Shown here one piece after another: positions 62,838-64,000 of a DNA stretch of 64,000 nt. The stretch is taken from positions 1,568,001 through 1,632,000 of the forward strand of contig OZ255726.1 of the NCBI GenBank assembly GCA_965277405.1. The letters are read 5' to 3'. Numbering within the stretch: position 1 is the stretch's first letter; every line of letters starts with the position of its first letter. The translations under genes and the position numbers were made by a program. Below the pieces are notes generated by a model. The model was given only the letters and a program-made list of their open reading frames with translations. It did not search any database and was not told the DNA's origin. The stretch comes from Gammaproteobacteria bacterium (lineage in GTDB: Bacteria; Pseudomonadota; Gammaproteobacteria; G965277405).

Positions 62838-63074
62838 GGAAACGCTGATTAACTCGCTGCTGGGGCGAGTTGGCTGCAATTGCTGATGATTGCCAGGCGC
62901 AAACCCAAAGTATATTCAACACAACGACGGGAAAAAGACTGAGCTAACTTCGTTGCAGCACTTGGCAGCACCCACAAGTCCCCACCAGTGTTAGCTGCGC
63001 ACGCACCTTGCTATCCATCAGCCATCTAGCGTTGTTGCTGCGTCTCGCCCGTCATGGACTTAATCAGAGCTTCC
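62838..63074 (+). mobile_element. Diverged, internally deleted MITE copy
   Basis: TIRs GGAAACGCTGATTAA / TTAATCAGAGCTTCC; TTAG duplication at 62834-62837 and 63075-63078. Confidence 0.9.
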
Positions 63075-63999
63075 TTAGGTCGATAACCCTGCCAAGATGG
63101 AAGATGCGGTTGTCGTTGTGTTGGTGGCAGAATACTCGTAGTCCTGCAAATGTTTTGCCATTGTGGTGTTCTTCGCCTGTGCTAATGGGGGTGATGACGC
63201 GGGTGCTTTTGCTATCGTTGGGTTTGAGGTAGGTCATTGTCAGGTCGCGTTTATCGGCAATAGCTTGTTGCAGGATTGCTGTTTTTTCTGAGTTTGGAAA
63301 ACTCGCTGCAATGCGCTGATATGTTAAGTTGGTCATAAAGTTGCAGATAGTAGGATCAGTGCGAATATGTTGGCTCTTAATAGGCACTTCAAGGCGAATA
63401 CCAGCCAGCGATGTGCAGCGACTCATCGCGACATATAATTGCCCGCATGCGAAGGTGCCTCTGCCAATATCAATGCATATTTTTTCGAATGTTTTGCCTT
63501 GGCTTTTGTGAATCGTGACTGCCCATGCCAGCCGCATTGGCAATTGAGTAAAGCTGCCAATTGGTTCTGCAATCATTTCGTCATCAATCACGCTAAATGT
63601 ATAGACCTCCCAGGTGTGGGCGGTAACGGTGACAGTTTTGTTATTGTCGCGCAGTTGCACGCGTAAGCTTTTCTCTGCGTCTTTGTCAACATTTCGTGAT
63701 TTAATAATCCCAATCGAGCCGTTATACCAGCGGTCTTCTTGGTCGTTATTTAACATCATTATTTGCGAGCCTATTTTGTAATGTAGCTCGGTTGCTGTGG
63801 GGTAGTATTCTCGTCCAAAATCCCCCTTAATCGTGGCAATGTTGCTGTGTTGTTTGCCTTTAAGCCGTTGGAGATGGGCGACATTGATTTCGTCTGCTTT
63901 TTGGTTGGTGGGGGTCAGTGTTATGGCAATTTCTTTCGTGTTAACGGTGCTTTGCTGGTCGTGTTGTTGATTGAGTACATGCAAATCTGCAGCGGTTGT
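63064..63999 (-). CDS. PIF1/RecD-like SF1 helicase C-terminal part with WYL-like tail, 5'-truncated by the window edge
   Basis: QLPMRLAWAVTIHKSQGKTF and GQLYVAMSR motifs, then MTYLK...RVITP...FCHQHNDNRIFHLGRV. Confidence 0.88.
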   Translation of the reverse strand, partial: TTAADLHVLNQQHDQQSTVNTKEIAITLTPTNQKADEINVAHLQRLKGKQHSNIATIKGDFGREYYPTATELHYKIGSQIMMLNNDQEDRWYNGSIGIIKSRNVDKDAEKSLRVQLRDNNKTVTVTAHTWEVYTFSVIDDEMIAEPIGSFTQLPMRLAWAVTIHKSQGKTFEKICIDIGRGTFACGQLYVAMSRCTSLAGIRLEVPIKSQHIRTDPTICNFMTNLTYQRIAASFPNSEKTAILQQAIADKRDLTMTYLKPNDSKSTRVITPISTGEEHHNGKTFAGLRVFCHQHNDNRIFHLGRVIDLRKL

Positions 64000-64000
64000 T

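Noticed and set aside
1-64000. tRNA or rRNA genes
   Set aside because: No cloverleaf or rRNA signature recognised by eye; a tRNAscan-SE/Infernal run would be needed to exclude them.

Overview
Chromosomal window from a bacterium whose housekeeping genes (argG, argF, rnhB, coq7, nrdAB, greA, rne, bolA) look gammaproteobacterial. It carries many pseudogenes and insertion elements. Contents in order: the 3' part of a giant (>2150 aa) repetitive surface protein; metabolic and housekeeping genes; a patchwork island at about 31.3-43.2 kb (decayed tyrosine recombinase, three IS5 remnants, an intact-looking IS1595 element, a DpnII/MboI-type GATC restriction-modification trio, a SaoD/DsrE gene between 210-bp direct repeats, a MATE pump); an uncharacterised four-gene MotA/TolQ/ExbB operon; and a complete hut (histidine utilisation) cluster with a TRAP transporter. 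Two things stand out. (1) A roughly 280-bp, hairpin-rich non-coding element (MITE) with IS5-type ends and CTAA/TTAG target duplications occurs as 7 near-complete copies plus fragments. Every near-complete copy faces the 3' end of a gene with the same end. It rewrites the C-termini of ArgF and BolA with the same peptide (LIKSMMGETEKKR), supplies the stop codon of a helicase and splits a TAATG-coupled dctQ/dctM junction. (2) The ExbB-like + two ExbD/MotB-like + tandem FGE-domain operon looks like an undescribed ion-driven envelope machine. All protein calls come from motif recognition by eye; no database searches were run.
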